The notes beneath the pieces were generated by a model. That model saw only the letters and a program-made list of their open reading frames with translations, did not search any database and was not told where the DNA came from. DNA of 64,000 bases from Lama glama (Eukaryota): positions 37,822,001 through 37,886,000 of the forward strand of contig CM052817.1 in the NCBI GenBank assembly GCA_028534125.1, given 5' to 3'. This document shows, piece by piece, positions 1 through 14,020 of this stretch (the first letter of the stretch is position 1; each line of letters opens with the position of its first letter). A program made the position numbers and the translations under genes.

Positions 1-1559
1 CTGTACTCAAAACAATGGAACAAAAAGCTACTGCAGTATTTAAAATATTCAGCTGGTTAATGTTTGCCTGGTAGTAGTTCTGTTAGAAACATTGCTTTCT
101 TTCTTTTTGATCATAAATATTACTGTTATAGCTAATCGTAAATGGTTTTCTCAGCTTATGAAAGTTGTAGGATTGTCAAAATCAATTTACATAATCAAAT
201 TTATGATTCTATAATATATTCTTTTCCTTTTTATTTGTAAAGGTTAGTAAAGTATTTCTTTAAGAAAAAAAGCAAACTTGATATAAAAGAGGAACCTGTA
301 AGAAATAAAATAAGATGGCCAAAAATTTGAGTTGAATTTATTGAAATAAATAACCACAGGTTTATGTGGTAGGCATTTCAAATTATCTTGTTAAATTGTC
401 TCAACTTTTAAATCAAAGCTATGCTTGAAGGAAAAAAGTTCCATTTATTTTTGTCTCTTGATAAAAGGTCAAAATATACCTATTTTTTATCAACACATTT
501 GAACTTGATTTCTATTTAAAGAATTTTAAATACATATTGATAATCCTCATTAAATCTGGCAAGTGTGCTTTGCCTTGAAGTCAGCTTCTGCAGGAACTCA
601 TGTTCAAAGATGTAAGTCTAACTCCAAAGGCCTTGAATAGCAGACTACAGAAACTTAGGTTATACTTTCTGTGTACAGAAATCTTATATGTAGCTTGTCA
701 CAGAGCAAAAGTTCCTGAAAGTAATCTTTGTACTTCTCTCCATCTCCCCCAGTTTCACACTCACATTACCTGAAAACTGGGTTTGCCTCTTGGTGAGTGT
801 TGAGCCAAGAGACACAGCCAAGTCAAAGATAGGAAGAAGGAAGGATTTTAGTACTTGCAACAAATAAGGAGAACAGGGGGATATTTCCCAAAGCAGTGTC
901 TCTCAAACCGCTACTTGGGGGAAGTTTTAAGCTAAAGATGCATGCATATTTAGGAGAATTCAGCGTAGAATTGGGGCAAAAGTCATTGTAGGTTGACAGA
1001 GCCCATGTCCTTGTTGACTGGAGCCATGAAGGCCAGCATGGGCCAGCATTATCCATTCTCCGGCTTCAGCTAGTTAGGTGGTTGTGTGCTCAAGGGGGTT
1101 TGAATCCTGTAAAACAGCTCAGGAACGTGCATCAGGCTAATCTTCACCTTTGAAACAGAACTGGGAGTCTTAACAACTGATTTTTTTGTGTATCTGATAT
1201 GGTTAAGAAATTTCCTGGCTTGGTAATAGCTGTATGCTCTTGAACATTCTGTTTTTCTTTTAAAAATCACTACCTACTGAGACTTGTTCTTCTGCATGGA
1301 CAAGCATTGTGGCCAGGCTTAGATCACAAAATGGCTTAGCCCTAAAATGGCTTCTCTTATGTCAAGAAAGCTACGTCTGGTTCTTCGTCTCTGGGGACCC
1401 CCTATTCTATCTGCCTATAATAATAACTGCTAGAAACCTTTCCTGTCCTTCTAAAAAAATCCCCTCCCCAACCCATTGTCAGTGTCCACTTCTTCTTCAC
1501 CCCTCTCCTCTTCTGAGCCAAACTGTGGTCCTTCCTGCTGCTCAAAGTCCCCTCAGAGA

Positions 1560-1635
1560 ATTTGTTCATTCATTCAGCAGGCATTTATTGAGCACCTACT
1601 GTGTATCTGACATCATCCTTAGTAGTGGGAATGGA
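1560..1635 (-). mobile_element. L2 3' end fragment
   Basis: ttcattcattcagcaggcatttattgagcacctactgtgt is the reverse complement of the typical L2 3' terminus. Confidence 0.7.
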
Positions 1636-1679
1636 GTGGAGAATTATAATCCCCATTTTATCTGTTAAACATTTTTTCT

Positions 1680-1722
1680 TTTTCCAGATTACAAAAGATC
1701 CAACTCAAACTGCCTTATCAGG

Positions 1723-1769
<47 letters not shown>

Positions 1770-2250
1770 ATAAATAAACAAATAAATAAATAAATAAAAA
1801 GACTTAATGGTTCATAAACAGACGTGACTCAGTTCAGAACTCAAAAGACATCCTCCAAATCCACTCTTCTACTCTGCTTCCTCTAAGAGTGTCTCCATTT
1901 TCACGTTCTGCTATCCATCTTTGCAAAGCTTCAGTCTCACAGCATGGTGATAGGCATTCCAGCATAAGAGATACTTCATTTCCCTGATGCTGCAAAGAAA
2001 ATTTTGGAATTGAGCTTATTGGTCCTGATTGGCCTATTTTGTTTCTGGTTCCCACTCTAGAAATCACCAGTGTGGCCAAGAGCTGGAATGTGCTGCCTGG
2101 CTCAGCCTATGGTTGCTCTGTTCCTGATCCCAGAGGTAGAGTTAGTTTTACTTGAAGCAGTTGGGCTGAGAATGTGAAAGGGATGGTTGCTCTGGAAGGA
2201 AATGAGTGTGAATGCATTCAGGGTGGTCAAAAGACAACAGCCCATGCCAC
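1680..2250. mobile_element. Old MaLR LTR (MLT1J/K-like) interrupted by a microsatellite
   Basis: aaaagatccaactcaaactg...; aaatcaccagtgtggccaagagctggaatgtgctg motifs resemble old MLT1 LTRs (recall). Confidence 0.5.
1722..1800 (+). repeat. (TAGA)n followed by (TAAA)n microsatellite
   Basis: Directly visible tetranucleotide arrays. Confidence 0.95.
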
Positions 2251-4202
2251 TGGTCTAATTGCTTTCCCCCAGAGGACCCGATCTCCCCTGCCCATGTTAA
2301 TAGACAATATCATCTATCTTGTTGCATATACATTTTTTGCTTCATCCAGTCTAATTTCACATGCAATGCAGGAATTTCTTCTCCTATATCCCCAAGAAAT
2401 TCAAACCTTCATTTGAGGATCACCAGAGAGAGAGTTCACTGCCTGGGGAGGTAGCCTGACTCTCTAAGCCATAGGATTGGACCTCTGTCATTTTCTACTC
2501 CACACTTGGCTGGATGTGGAGTTACAAAAAAAGCTGTCAGTCTTAGAGTAGATAGTTCTATTATTTTTCAATCATAATATAGTTGAAAAACTTGCATGTA
2601 AATATAGGCATGGTATTACTAAAAATTGAACTATTCTAGCTAATATGAACAGATGATAAAAGTCTAAATTGTTTCCATTTGCTCTCATCTTAAAGGATAA
2701 TTATTCAAGCAGAACTTTTTATTACAGTTAGAGTGGTGATCTATGATAATATTTATAGAGCCTTGCATTCTGATGACATGCAATTTTGAGAAATTTAAAT
2801 ATTATTTTATGTGCTTAAGGAAGAAGCCATTAAATATACAAATAGGCTTGAATGTAAATTATGCAACTCTAGTTCCATCTTCTTCAATTTCATAACTGGT
2901 TTGTGTATAGGCTTTCACACCTGAAAATAAGGCCAAATGTGGAGGAAAAAGGGCCTTTACTAAACAATATTCTAGTATTTTCAGAAAGGTTGCACTGGTA
3001 ACACAAAAAGATACAATAATGAAACCTCTCAGATAGAAATTCTGTGGCGCGTGCTCTAAGAGCCGGCCTCTCAAAGAGACAAGCGTGGGAAGATACCAAG
3101 GGTGATATCTACATGGACAGAGACTGGTAACTTTATTTTCTGGCCCTAAGTGTTTTGAAAGACACTAAATGTCGGACGGCTTGGGAGGGACTATAAAGGT
3201 CTTAACATACAAACCACGCCTGCTGTTTATGTACGTTTGCATAACAAAGCTAAAGTAGCAGAATCACTAGTTCCAGACAGAATCAAGATTTCCCTAGGGT
3301 TACACAGAAGTCAAAGGTGGAGTCAGAGGACTAGGTCCATGTGTAACCCCACAGGAAACATTGTTTAAACTCATCTTCTCTCTGGAGGAAATTTATGTAA
3401 GGGCAGAGATGAGGCTTTTATCTGTTCATTCATAATGCAGCTTCCTAAAGAGTAGCTCACAGCAGCTGATGGTTGGAGAGAAGCCTGTGAGAGATATAGC
3501 CCTGCTTCCCTTACATCAGGCGCCCAAGGATATAAATATATATATATTTGTAGGATGTATATATATAAATATATATATATTTGTAGGATGTCAGTTAAAC
3601 CATTCGTCACTTGTACTTTGTTTTTCTGAATAAGAATCAGTTGCATAAAGCAGGTATACAAAGGGTTTTTTTCTCTCATAACAAGGGGTACCACTGTTTA
3701 AAAAATGCCTTCAGCTTCAACACCAGTCTAGGCATTTTATCTAGATGACAAAAGCTAATATTTGGAAATTCAGCCAGGAAAAATTTTAATATTTGAAAAT
3801 TAATAGCACAGACATTATTAACTCAGATTTAGTATTTTTGGTCACATTAGGTTGTAAAGAAATGTTGTAAAAGCTTAACTTTATTCTTTTTTTTTTAAGT
3901 TTCTTTTTGTCATCAACCTAATCATCACCTTTTGTCCTTTGGAAAGTTTTTAAACAAAATTCAAGTGAGAAATCAGGTAGATGCTAAGTAAGAGGAAAAT
4001 AATAAGCATCTTGACTTAGGTGTAAATTTCTGATAGTAGCATTTAGTCACAGTGAACTGTGACTTGGTCAAGACTGTGCTCTTGGTCGAGACCTTTTTTC
4101 CTTTTACTCCTCTTAAAAGATTTTACATTTCTTTTTTCTCCCATCAGGATATAACAGATGTAACATTTAAGTTTTGTTCTAGGCATGATGAGACAATAGA
4201 TT

Positions 4203-5054
4203 AGTGATTCTCAGTGGGAGAAGATATGCCACGCTTCCCCAGGAGAAATTTTGGAAATTTGGGACTTTTTTGTCTTTTTTGGATGTTGCAATGATTGGAG
4301 GAGGGTCCAACTGGCCTTTAACTGGCTGGGAAGGAGGCTAGATGTTTGGCGGTGTGTGGGACAGCCTACACAGTGAAGAACTGTCCTGTCTCCTGTGCTG
4401 CTTTCGAATATCTCACAAGTGACAAGTCTTTATATTTTGTCATGATTTTCATATATACTGAATTTTCTAGGAATGCAATTACTGTACAGGTAGAGGAAAG
4501 ATTTTATACAATCTTTTAATGTTTTCAGAGTTCCTAGGGGTTGGTAAGGAATTCAAAATATGTTACTGAAGGCAGTATTGCTTGTAGAATTTGAATTGCT
4601 AAAATGGATCATTCTGCCTTAATAGCTGTTGAATCCATTTTGAAAGGACCCTTCTCTCTCATCTATCCAACTCTGAATATATTTATTTATCCCTTATTTT
4701 AAAATGACAAATACAGAGAAGAAATGTTGACAATATTCATTTGAATATTGTCTTTTCTTAAATCCAAGTTTACTCATTACAAGTGAGGGCAAACACCTGG
4801 CCTCTTCCTTTTCTTTTCTAATGGAGCCACGCCTGAACATTTAAATACTGAAATGTATATTATTTTACTATATGTATACATAAAATATTATTTCTATTTT
4901 ATTTCACAGTTGATGCATTGTATTGATTCTTTGAAATTATGTAAATAGGTAGGTTTAATTATTTATAAATTTTACTCCATGGTAGTAAAGGAGGGTGACA
5001 AAAAGATTTATTATTAAATATGTGTATTAAGTTGGATGGGATTGAAAACTACTG
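4203..5054. mobile_element. hAT-Charlie DNA transposon (MER20B-like)
   Basis: Begins tagtgattctcag and ends ttgaaaactactg (degenerate CAGTGGTTCTCAA TIRs); internal gggacagcctacacagtgaagaactgtcc motif. Confidence 0.55.
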
Positions 5055-5199
5055 CAATAGATCTGCCTATCAAAGTAATAAGCCAAAAATGCATAATTTT
5101 CAAAGAAAAAAAGATTTTCAATACTTTTTGACACCTTAGTCATTGCAAGAATTAAAAGGAGTCAAAATGTGGAGAGGGGAGAGAGAATTTGTTAAAAAA

Positions 5200-6150
5200 A
5201 AAAAAAAAGGATGTCTTTGGAGAGGACTACAGCTTTTAGGTCCCCACTCTCCTTCCCCAGGTGACTTGGGCAGGATGCTACCTCCACTTTGGGTCCAAGG
5301 AAAGAAGCTTCCATGAGACCACTTAGAATGCTTGAAACATGTTCCCTACAGTTGGAGACATATATCCTTCCTGACATCTGAGAACATGAGAGGAGCTGGA
5401 GGGGGCTGTCGGAAGGACAGAAGTGCCGTGTTTTCGCTGATTTGCATTTTCAGAGTTTGTGAAGTTAATGGATGCATGCCTAGATATGGGTCCACGAGGG
5501 AGAGAGAGCCAACACAGCGCCTTTTCACATTCCACCTTAGCCTAGGGGATCACTGAGGAGGACACAGGATTCCAGCAGGTGAGGGTCTGTGTGGAGTGGT
5601 TCCGTATCTAAGGGCTAGGGGGAGGGTGGGGGATTGTGAGCCAAAAGCAATGGATTTGTACCTGTCAAAGAAGCTCCATAGAGCCCCCAGCTGTGCCAAG
5701 AAGAGAAAGAGTTAGCCTTTAAGAACTGGCAGGCCCAGAGTGTGAGCTGCCCAGCAAGGCAGGTAATGTCCTAACTTCTGTATTTCATCTCCCTCTTCTT
5801 CTAATCTGGGGCTTGAGATTGAGGGAGGAAGTGAGTTGGAACAGAGGACAAAAGCCAACCCATACTCCTTCCCTAAGAACAGTGACAGTTAGCCATAGGT
5901 CTCTGCTGGGGAGGAGGAAGAGACCTCTCTCCTTGGAGTGAAGACTCAAGCGTTGATGACCATGGGATTGGACCTTCTAATTCTGAACTGAGACTTCTCA
6001 TTTAATTAAAAGGGGCTGTATGGACCATTGGTTATGTAGGAGTGAATCAATAAGCAATGAGAACTAACTGAGATGTGGACTTCACCGAGGTGCAGAGGAA
6101 AAACTCCCCCCCACTGCACAAATGTTAAGGGGATTCTCAGGGCAAAAAAT
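5200..6150. mobile_element. Probable ancient LTR (MamGypLTR-like)
   Basis: Purine-rich, GC-elevated block with ggattggaccttctaattctgaactgagac motif; family assignment from recall only. Confidence 0.3.
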
Positions 6151-6475
6151 GTTTGTTACCTTCCCCAATAGCTGTGTAATACATTAGGCAAACTCATGCT
6201 CCAGGTATAGCTCTTCCATTTACCCTTATTCTTCTCCTACTCACCTGCTGCCATTACCTCCTCTCTGATGATGTCCTTGTACTTGTCATTTACACTGTAC
6301 CTGGGTGAAATAGTCCCAGCATGTCTGTGCTTTCAGTCTCTGTAACGATAAAAGAAAAGACCCGCCTCATGCTGAAGGAGTTTTAGTCTCCTTTTCAGGA
6401 AGTAGAAGAGCTGTTTGAAAATGGACTTATTCCATCAATATATAGGCAAGACTGTAATAATAAAAAATTATATTC

Positions 6476-7198
6476 TGTTGTAAAGAAGCAACACAGTCCT
6501 GTGTGTCCCCTCTATTCTCAGTACTTTACTACAGCACTACTTCACTTCTGACGCGAGACGTGTGGGTTTTCCACACATCAAGCAATTCCGTGACACCAGC
6601 TGGGTGTCCTACAACTTAACACAATTACGACACCGTCTGTCTGGAGGTAGCATCAGATCTCAGGGTTGAGGGCTCAGTCCCGCAAGGCTGCCCCCCTTTC
6701 ACCATCTTCGCAACACTCATCCTTCAGACATCACTCCCAATATAGGTTGTTACCCCTGCTTCTGACCTACTAAGTATAAACTGAAGGTTCCCACAACCTC
6801 TTCCTGGGGTTCAATTAATTTTCTTAGAGCAGCTCACAGAACTCGGGAAAAAGAATTTACTTACTAGATTACTGTTCAGTATAAAAGGATATAATTAAGG
6901 AACAGCCAGATGGAAGACATGCATAGGACAAGGTAGGGGGGAAGCGGCACGGAACTTGCACATCCTCCCTGGGCACATCGCTCTCCCTGCACCTCCATGT
7001 TTTCACCAACCTGAAAGCTCCCAGAACTCTGTCCTTTTGTTTTTATAGGAGGTTCCATTACTTAGGTGTAGTTGGTTAAATCAATAGCTATTGGTGACTT
7101 CACTCAATCTCCAGCCCCTCTCCCCTAGCAGGAGGTAGGGAAGCTTGGGGTGGGGCTGAAAGTTTCAACTCTCCAATCAAGTTTGTTTCCCCTGGCAC
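6476..7198 (-). mobile_element. MER21-type LTR, partial
   Basis: gtgggttttccacacatcaagcaattc...gacaccagctgggtgtcct, gagggctcagtccc, agcagctcacagaactc motifs; homologous to 23056-23870. Confidence 0.75.
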
Positions 7199-8009
7199 CT
7201 TTCAACAGGAAGAACTTGTTTGCTTGGTTAAGCCTGGGAAATCTAGGGTTATATTTTCAGAGTGCCTTCTGGTCTCTTCTTATAATACTTTCAGATTTTC
7301 TTGTTTGTTTCACTGTTATTATATATCTGTTAGCCAGAACCTTAAATGCTTCTATGCAGCCACTGTCTTATTAGATGCTTCAAAGAGAAAACAAAAAGAA
7401 ATGATACGATTCACTCTCAAACCAAAAAGCGCATACCTACAAACAGAACAATTAAGGTGCATCAATAACAGTAGTGAAGATCTGGACAATTCTTGACGGT
7501 TTCTTCTGCAACTATGGCTGAGGGAGGAATGAAAGGCAGCTTTAAAAATAATAATTCCCACACTTTTAGTAAAAGACTAGTTGTTTTTTAGCCATGGTAA
7601 CAAGAAACCACCAGAACTGGTTTTAAGCCTATTAATCAATCAGTGGCAACTCACCTGAGTGAATATACTTCTACAGCCCAACCAACCAGTTACAGCTCCT
7701 CACTTCTGGAAGTCAGCCAGACTCACTCCAATGAACATGTTTTAAAGATGAAATTGTTACCAACAGTATGACCTAAGCAGCCGTGCTTCCGCAGTTAATA
7801 TCAACCCACTTCTGCCAGTCCCTGAACTCCATGCTTCCTGAACGTCCATGCAGTATCTGTCATCTGTTCTGCTTGGGGACCTTGTGCGTAGGCAGCATAG
7901 CTCTCCGTAAGCAATAAATTTAGCTTTGAGGTGTTATTTCAGATTCTGCATAGTGGTATCATCCTTTCTCTCACTATCATATCACCTGAATCTCATCTGC
8001 ACTGAGATG

Positions 8010-8195
8010 CCAAATAGCATAGCGGTTATGAACCTGGACTCTAGGCTGATTCTGCTTCACTGTGGCTGTGTGATCTTGAGCAATTTGCCCCAGTTTTTTT
8101 CATTTGTAAAAGCAGGAGAATTAATAGCATCTACCTGACAGCGTTAAATTAAATATATGAACAACCATAAGTGCTTTTTAGATATTAGCTACTAC
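8010..8195 (+). mobile_element. MIR SINE
   Basis: ggctgtgtgatcttgagcaa...tttgtaaaagcaggagaattaatagcatctacct MIR core. Confidence 0.65.
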
Positions 8196-11100
8196 TACTA
8201 TTTCTTGCTTTTATAAATACCTGGCAGAAGTTCAAAGTTAAAAGGAGGTGAAGAGTTTCACTATTTCTTTACAATTCAAGGCTTTGCTTGCACTTTTCAG
8301 CATTAACATTTTAAAAGTATAACCTTAATACTTTTAAAACTTGGACAAGTTGTGCCTATGTGTGTGCATGCTGCATACGTACATACATACGTGTATCTCT
8401 GTCAATTTGAAACTATTCCCATTGTCTGAGGAATAACTTGTCTTCAGACTACATTCACAGCAGGAACAAATATCTATTTAATATAGTGCATACTAATGAC
8501 ACTGTAGTATTATTAATGAACAGTTGGATGTTTGTTACTAAGAACTAGCATACTGAGTTCTGTATTTTAATTTTTGCACTAAGCTTATTACATATATTAC
8601 ATCATTTTATTCATTCATTAATTCATTTAACAAGAATTTATTATGTGTCTACTTTGTGCCAGATAGTGTTCTTGGGGCTAGAAATGAAATGATGAGCTGT
8701 TGTGTTGAATACATTTCATTCATCTGTATTTCTTTCTGAAAATAGAAATGTCATGGAGATAATTTGTATTATTTATTGCTATTTATCTTTATGTGTGTTT
8801 ACGTTTTTTACTTACACAATGAAAAATGATTTGAATGTTGTTTTGTTACATGAATTCTATTGCCACCAATGAATTGACTTGTTATTCAGTAACACTGGAA
8901 ATGCAAAGAAAGCTGGGCACGTTTTTGTGACATCAAGCTTGTGGTCAGAATTTCCAGGGGCAGCAAGTCACAAATACTAGTTTCTTGCTCTTTTAATTCA
9001 AGTTCCCCATAAAGACTAGTAAGTAAAAGTCATCTCATATATCTTTTGGCAAATAACTGAATTGAATCTTTGATAATCTTGTGTTCACTTCTTAATTTGT
9101 ACTACTTGGTGTTAATATTTGTTAGTTATTAATTTTTGAGTCATGCAGAAAAGTTAATACTCATGTGCATTTTTATATCCTTAATAATAGCTATAATAAG
9201 TATACACATTAACTGACAAAAATAAATAGCATACAACGCCATGTGCTAACTGGCGTGTTTTATGTAAACCGTATGTGTAATTGACAAACACATACCTTTT
9301 TTTCTGAAATAGTTCAGATAAGTTACAAGTTACAATATACATCGTGGCTTTTTAGGTGGATTTTCTAACGTGGTTACAGTGCAGTTATTACCTTCACAAA
9401 TTTACATTGATAATCTACCATTTGTTTAGTAGTTTTATTATTTTTTAATTTTAAACTTTTTTTCTGCATATATGTGTGTATATATTTAAAATAACTTTTA
9501 AAAAAGCAAATTCTCACTATGTTAAGTAACTGCCTTAAACATTAGTTATTCTCAAATAATACACTGGACTTCATGTAAATAATAATCAGCTAGACCCAGT
9601 TAAAAACACAGATAACTGATATTAGGATAGAGTCTAAAACATAATTTAGAAAAATACAAATTGGAGAATGTCAACATGAATTTTGTAGCTGCGTTTTTTT
9701 TCTTTTTACTTTTCTTCTGTCGCATGAGGAGAGTAAAAATAATAGCTTGCAAACAAGGTGACCAAGGTGCTCCCTTCGCTTGGTTGAATAATGTGTGGAG
9801 ATTGGACAGAACACTGTGGCAGAGGCAGGCTCAGTGGTTCCAAGACAAGTGCTCAGCGACTCTCCCTAGTCCAAACCTCAACCTCGAAAACAAATATCAG
9901 GAAAGATTTTTTATAAATAAGATTCTGAGTGAATTGATAAAATTAAATATTGTGTGATTTGGTAAAGGCTTGCACCTAAATCTTTGTTTATTGTGAAAGG
10001 CAGGCCTAATTTATTGTTTCAAGTTTAATACACGTCTGTTTGAGTACATTTTGGTAATAATACCCAAAAGCAGGAAATCATTGGTAAAATTTAGTAGAAT
10101 CATGCTGGTAGAAATGCAATTTAGTTCTTTGTTTAAGCTTGAGGGACAACCTCCCTGACTAAGGCCATTACTGTTGCCCCCCAAAGTACAGCCAAACAAG
10201 TGCAACTCGACCAATGCCCTGCTTGCCTCTCCCCACCCTAGCTCCAGTCATAGAATTTATAATAAGATACACTGCAGCTATATGCAAATCCGACTGGGCT
10301 ATTTCTGCAGAACTTGTCCTCTCCATAGGCCCCTATTCTAAGCCATTTTCTCCTGTATCCCTGGTTTTTATCTTGTTGGATTCATGCCTAGATTTTTTTC
10401 TTTCTGTACCTCTTTTTAATTGAATAGTCTTTTTAGACCGCCCTCTTCTCTCCTCTATTGAAGTCTTGTGTTGAGTGATGTTCCACATCCATCCCAGTCT
10501 CCTGGCCTTATAGGATCTCCCAGGATATTCTGGGAGTTAGCTCAGTATGTATCTTCCTATACCCTAATAGGATACATAAGCCCAACCTAGATCTCAGAGC
10601 CCCAGACCATTCTGTTATCTTAGCTGCAAAGTGGGCTTTCAATAGCCAAGACTGAAATCTTCACGTTTCAACCTGTAATATACTATTTCTTCTTGTTGGC
10701 AGAGAACTTAAATTGCAGAATAAACCTTTTGTGGTAATCTCTACAGCCAATCAACAAATATTTGCTAACCAACGATAAGTCAGATATAATGCTAGGTATA
10801 GGGTTTCAAGAGGGCCAGTCTTATTTACTTATTTCCCTCCCTGCCTGGATTCTGAATAAGTTAAGAAAAAAAAAATAGCACAGCAGATGGAAGCAAAATA
10901 TTGCCTCTATTTCTCATAGAGCAAGACTAAAGACAGATTCATGAGAACCCCAAGTGGGCTGGTCAACTGAATCTTAGAATTAGAAATACCTACCCATATT
11001 GGTCCCTGCAGTGCTATACCAGGATAGAACTTTCCTGCACAGGGACTTCGGTCCCAGAGGTGAAGTGAAAAACATCCTCTTGCAGTTAAGGAGCTCCCAA

Positions 11101-12250
11101 GACAGAGAATGGTGTAACTGAGCATGCCCACGTGTTCTTCCCAATTTTCATTTCTCTTACACGAAGTGTGTGTAAAGGGACAGGGAGATGCTTAGGGAAA
11201 TACATCTCCATGTCAACCAGGAGTGGGTTAATGGGATTTCCTTCTGATTGAATGTACTACGGATACAGTTCACAGACATGGTCTCTCCCCTCACAGAGCT
11301 TATAAGCCAATGGGGGAAAGCAGATATTAACATATAATTACAAATGATGAAATGGGATGCACGTCTTTTGTACTTTCAGGGGGCAGAACTTGAGTGATGA
11401 GTCGGATGTTTTAAAAATATTTTTTCTGCTACCAGTCCTTTTGTCTGTCTTCACCTGGATGAATACTGTGATCCTAGGCTTTCATTTCTGTGTGCTTTAG
11501 TCTAAATGTCCTATTGCTACTCATAGTCTTTCTTTACATTAGACACAATATAATAAATTACTTAATTTTACTAAGTTATAACCACTTTCCAGTCAGACAC
11601 CATGGTGGTTATACCCAGATAATGTTCATGGAGGATTGGGTGTTCCAAAATTTTCAGTTTTCTGTTCATAGACAGTCTGTTAATGTACCCCTCTCAGGAG
11701 CTAGTCATATTCATTGCATGTGGATTTTCACAAGTTTAAATCTAGGTTTGTTTCCTTACTTAAAAATTCTTGGGCAGCAATTCATGGAAACCAAATAGAT
11801 TTTTAGAAATTACCATTTTTTATCAGTTCATATTAAAGACATGTGATTAATTCATAAAGGAACAGTGATTAAATAGTTCATAGTATAAAGAAAAGGGATG
11901 GCATATGGGAAATACTATCAAAGCAGTGAGACAAGAGAAATAACACTGCTGAAGTCAAACACAGTATTTTTTTTTTTTTTTGAAATTTCACTAAGTGTGA
12001 TGAAACCTGTTGGAAAGCTTGTGTCATTTCTGGTGCCGAGTTTTACTGCATTAGATTTTAAACAGATAGACTAATAATGGTTGTTAGATTGGTAACAATA
12101 ATTAACAGTGATTGGTAGATTAAAATGGTTAAATAGCAAATAGAAATTTTCCAGTTGTTTCCACAGTAACTAGTCAGCAGCTTGGCAATATTTCTATTCA
12201 TTAATTACAGAAATGTTTATTTTATGTTACATTAAAACTTATTTTTATCT

Positions 12251-12548
12251 ACAAAACAGAGACTCACAGACATAGAAAATAAACTAATGGTTACTGGGGT
12301 TGGGGGAAGAGAGTGGGAAGGGATAAATTGGGAGTTCTAGGTTTGCAGATACTAACTACTATATATAAAATAGATAAACAACAAGTTCATACTATAAAGC
12401 ACAGGGAACTATATTCAATATCTTGTAGTAACCTATAATGAAAAAGAATATGAAAAGGAATATATGTATATATATGTATGACTGAAACATTAGTACTGTA
12501 CATGAGAAATTGACACAGCATTCTAAACGGACTATACTTCAGTAAAAA
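12251..12548 (+). mobile_element. 5'-truncated L1 3' end (camelid/cetartiodactyl type)
   Basis: acaaaacagagactcacagacatagaaa...gcacagggaactatattcaata; imperfect TSD aaaacttatttttatct / aaaccttatatttatct. Confidence 0.85.
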
Positions 12549-12617
12549 ACCTTATATTTATCTAAAATTGAGAAAGATAAGTAGTAAAATGTATGAAGAT
12601 CAAAATATGAACAATTA

Positions 12618-13030
12618 ATTTTTTTATTGTGATATAGATTTACAATATTATATAAGTTTCAGGTATATAACATAGTGATTCACAATTTTTTAAAGTTATA
12701 CTTCATTTATAGTTATTATAACATACTGGCTATATTCCCTGTGCTGTACAGATATGTCCCTTGTAGCTCATGTATTTTATATGTGGTAGTTTGTACCTCT
12801 TAATCCTTACTCATGTCTGTGCCTCCTCTCCCTGCTTCCCTCTTCCCACTGATAACCAGTAGTTTGTTCTCTATATCTGTGAGTCTGTTTATTTTTTGTT
12901 ATATTCACTAGTTTGTTTTATTTTTTAGATTCCACACATAAGTGATCTACAGTATTTGTCTTTCTCTGTCTGACTTATTTCTCTTAGCATAATGTCCTCC
13001 AAGTCACTTTATGTTGTTGCAAATAGTGAA
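12618..13030 (-). mobile_element. L1 3' end fragment
   Basis: ttagattccacacataagtga...tctgacttattt...ttagcataatgtcctccaag, reverse of L1 ORF2 end and 3' UTR. Confidence 0.85.
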
Positions 13031-13299
13031 CGATTTTGTTTTTATGTACTTTTAAAAATTCCAAATAAATTCTACCATGCCAATGCCCATGCTATTTCCG
13101 AGAACATTACGTGCATAAGAAAACAATTTAGATGTAATTATTTAGAAATCTGTTTTTTTCCTTCTCTTTAGTTTAGGTGGGAGTTGTTAAAACTTTAGTT
13201 GTTTTCTTTTGGGACAGGTGTGCATGATATAATTTTTGCTCTATCAAAACTTTGCAAAATGAGTTGTCAGAATTTGTATGAAGCATTTATAAATAAAAA

Positions 13300-14020
13300 G
13301 TAAGCACTTACTGTTATCCTGTAATCCAGTCCTATAGTCAGTAAATTTGTCATCTCCACATTCAGAATACATTCTGGATATGAAAAGGAATATATTTATA
13401 GATATATGTGTAAGTGAATCACTATGCTTTACATCAGGAATTAACACAACATTGTAAATCAACTATACTGCAATGAAAAAATTACATTCTGAATCCAGCC
13501 ACTTATCTTCTTACCTGCCCCTACCATCCTCATCCAACTCACTGTCATCTCTTGCGTCAACTAATAGGATCCTGATTTGTTCCCTTGCCTCTGCTTTTCC
13601 TACCTAGACTCTGGTCTCCATATGCTTTCTGCTTCCAGAGTGGTTCCTGGTGTGAATCAGGCCCTGCTACATTCCGGCTTCCAGTTCACCGTAGCTCCGC
13701 ATTACACAGTACAGTTTGAAGTCCCTGCCGTGTGCTCCTGGTACCTCTCTGGTCTCTTTTACTACCCTTCTCCCTTTCCTTCCTGGCTTTCTTGCTGTTT
13801 TTTGAATATACCAAGCCCTGCCCTGTCTTAGGGTTCTTGCACTTGTTATTCTTTCTGCCTTGAATACACAAACTTCTCTGCTTAAATGTGTGTCTACTCT
13901 GTCCCTGCGATTGTAATGTAGCCTTAATGTAGCAGGAGCTTCGGCTATTTTCCAGCTCCTGGTAGGTATATAGCACCTGGTACATAGGAGGCACTCAGTA
14001 AAAATTGTTGAATGAATGAA
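13300..14020 (+). mobile_element. L2 fragment containing a nested ~100 bp L1 tail (13378-13481)
   Basis: Ends tagcacctggtacataggaggcactcagtaaaaattgttgaatgaatgaa (L2 terminus); nested L1 tail flanked by repeated tacattctg. Confidence 0.75.
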
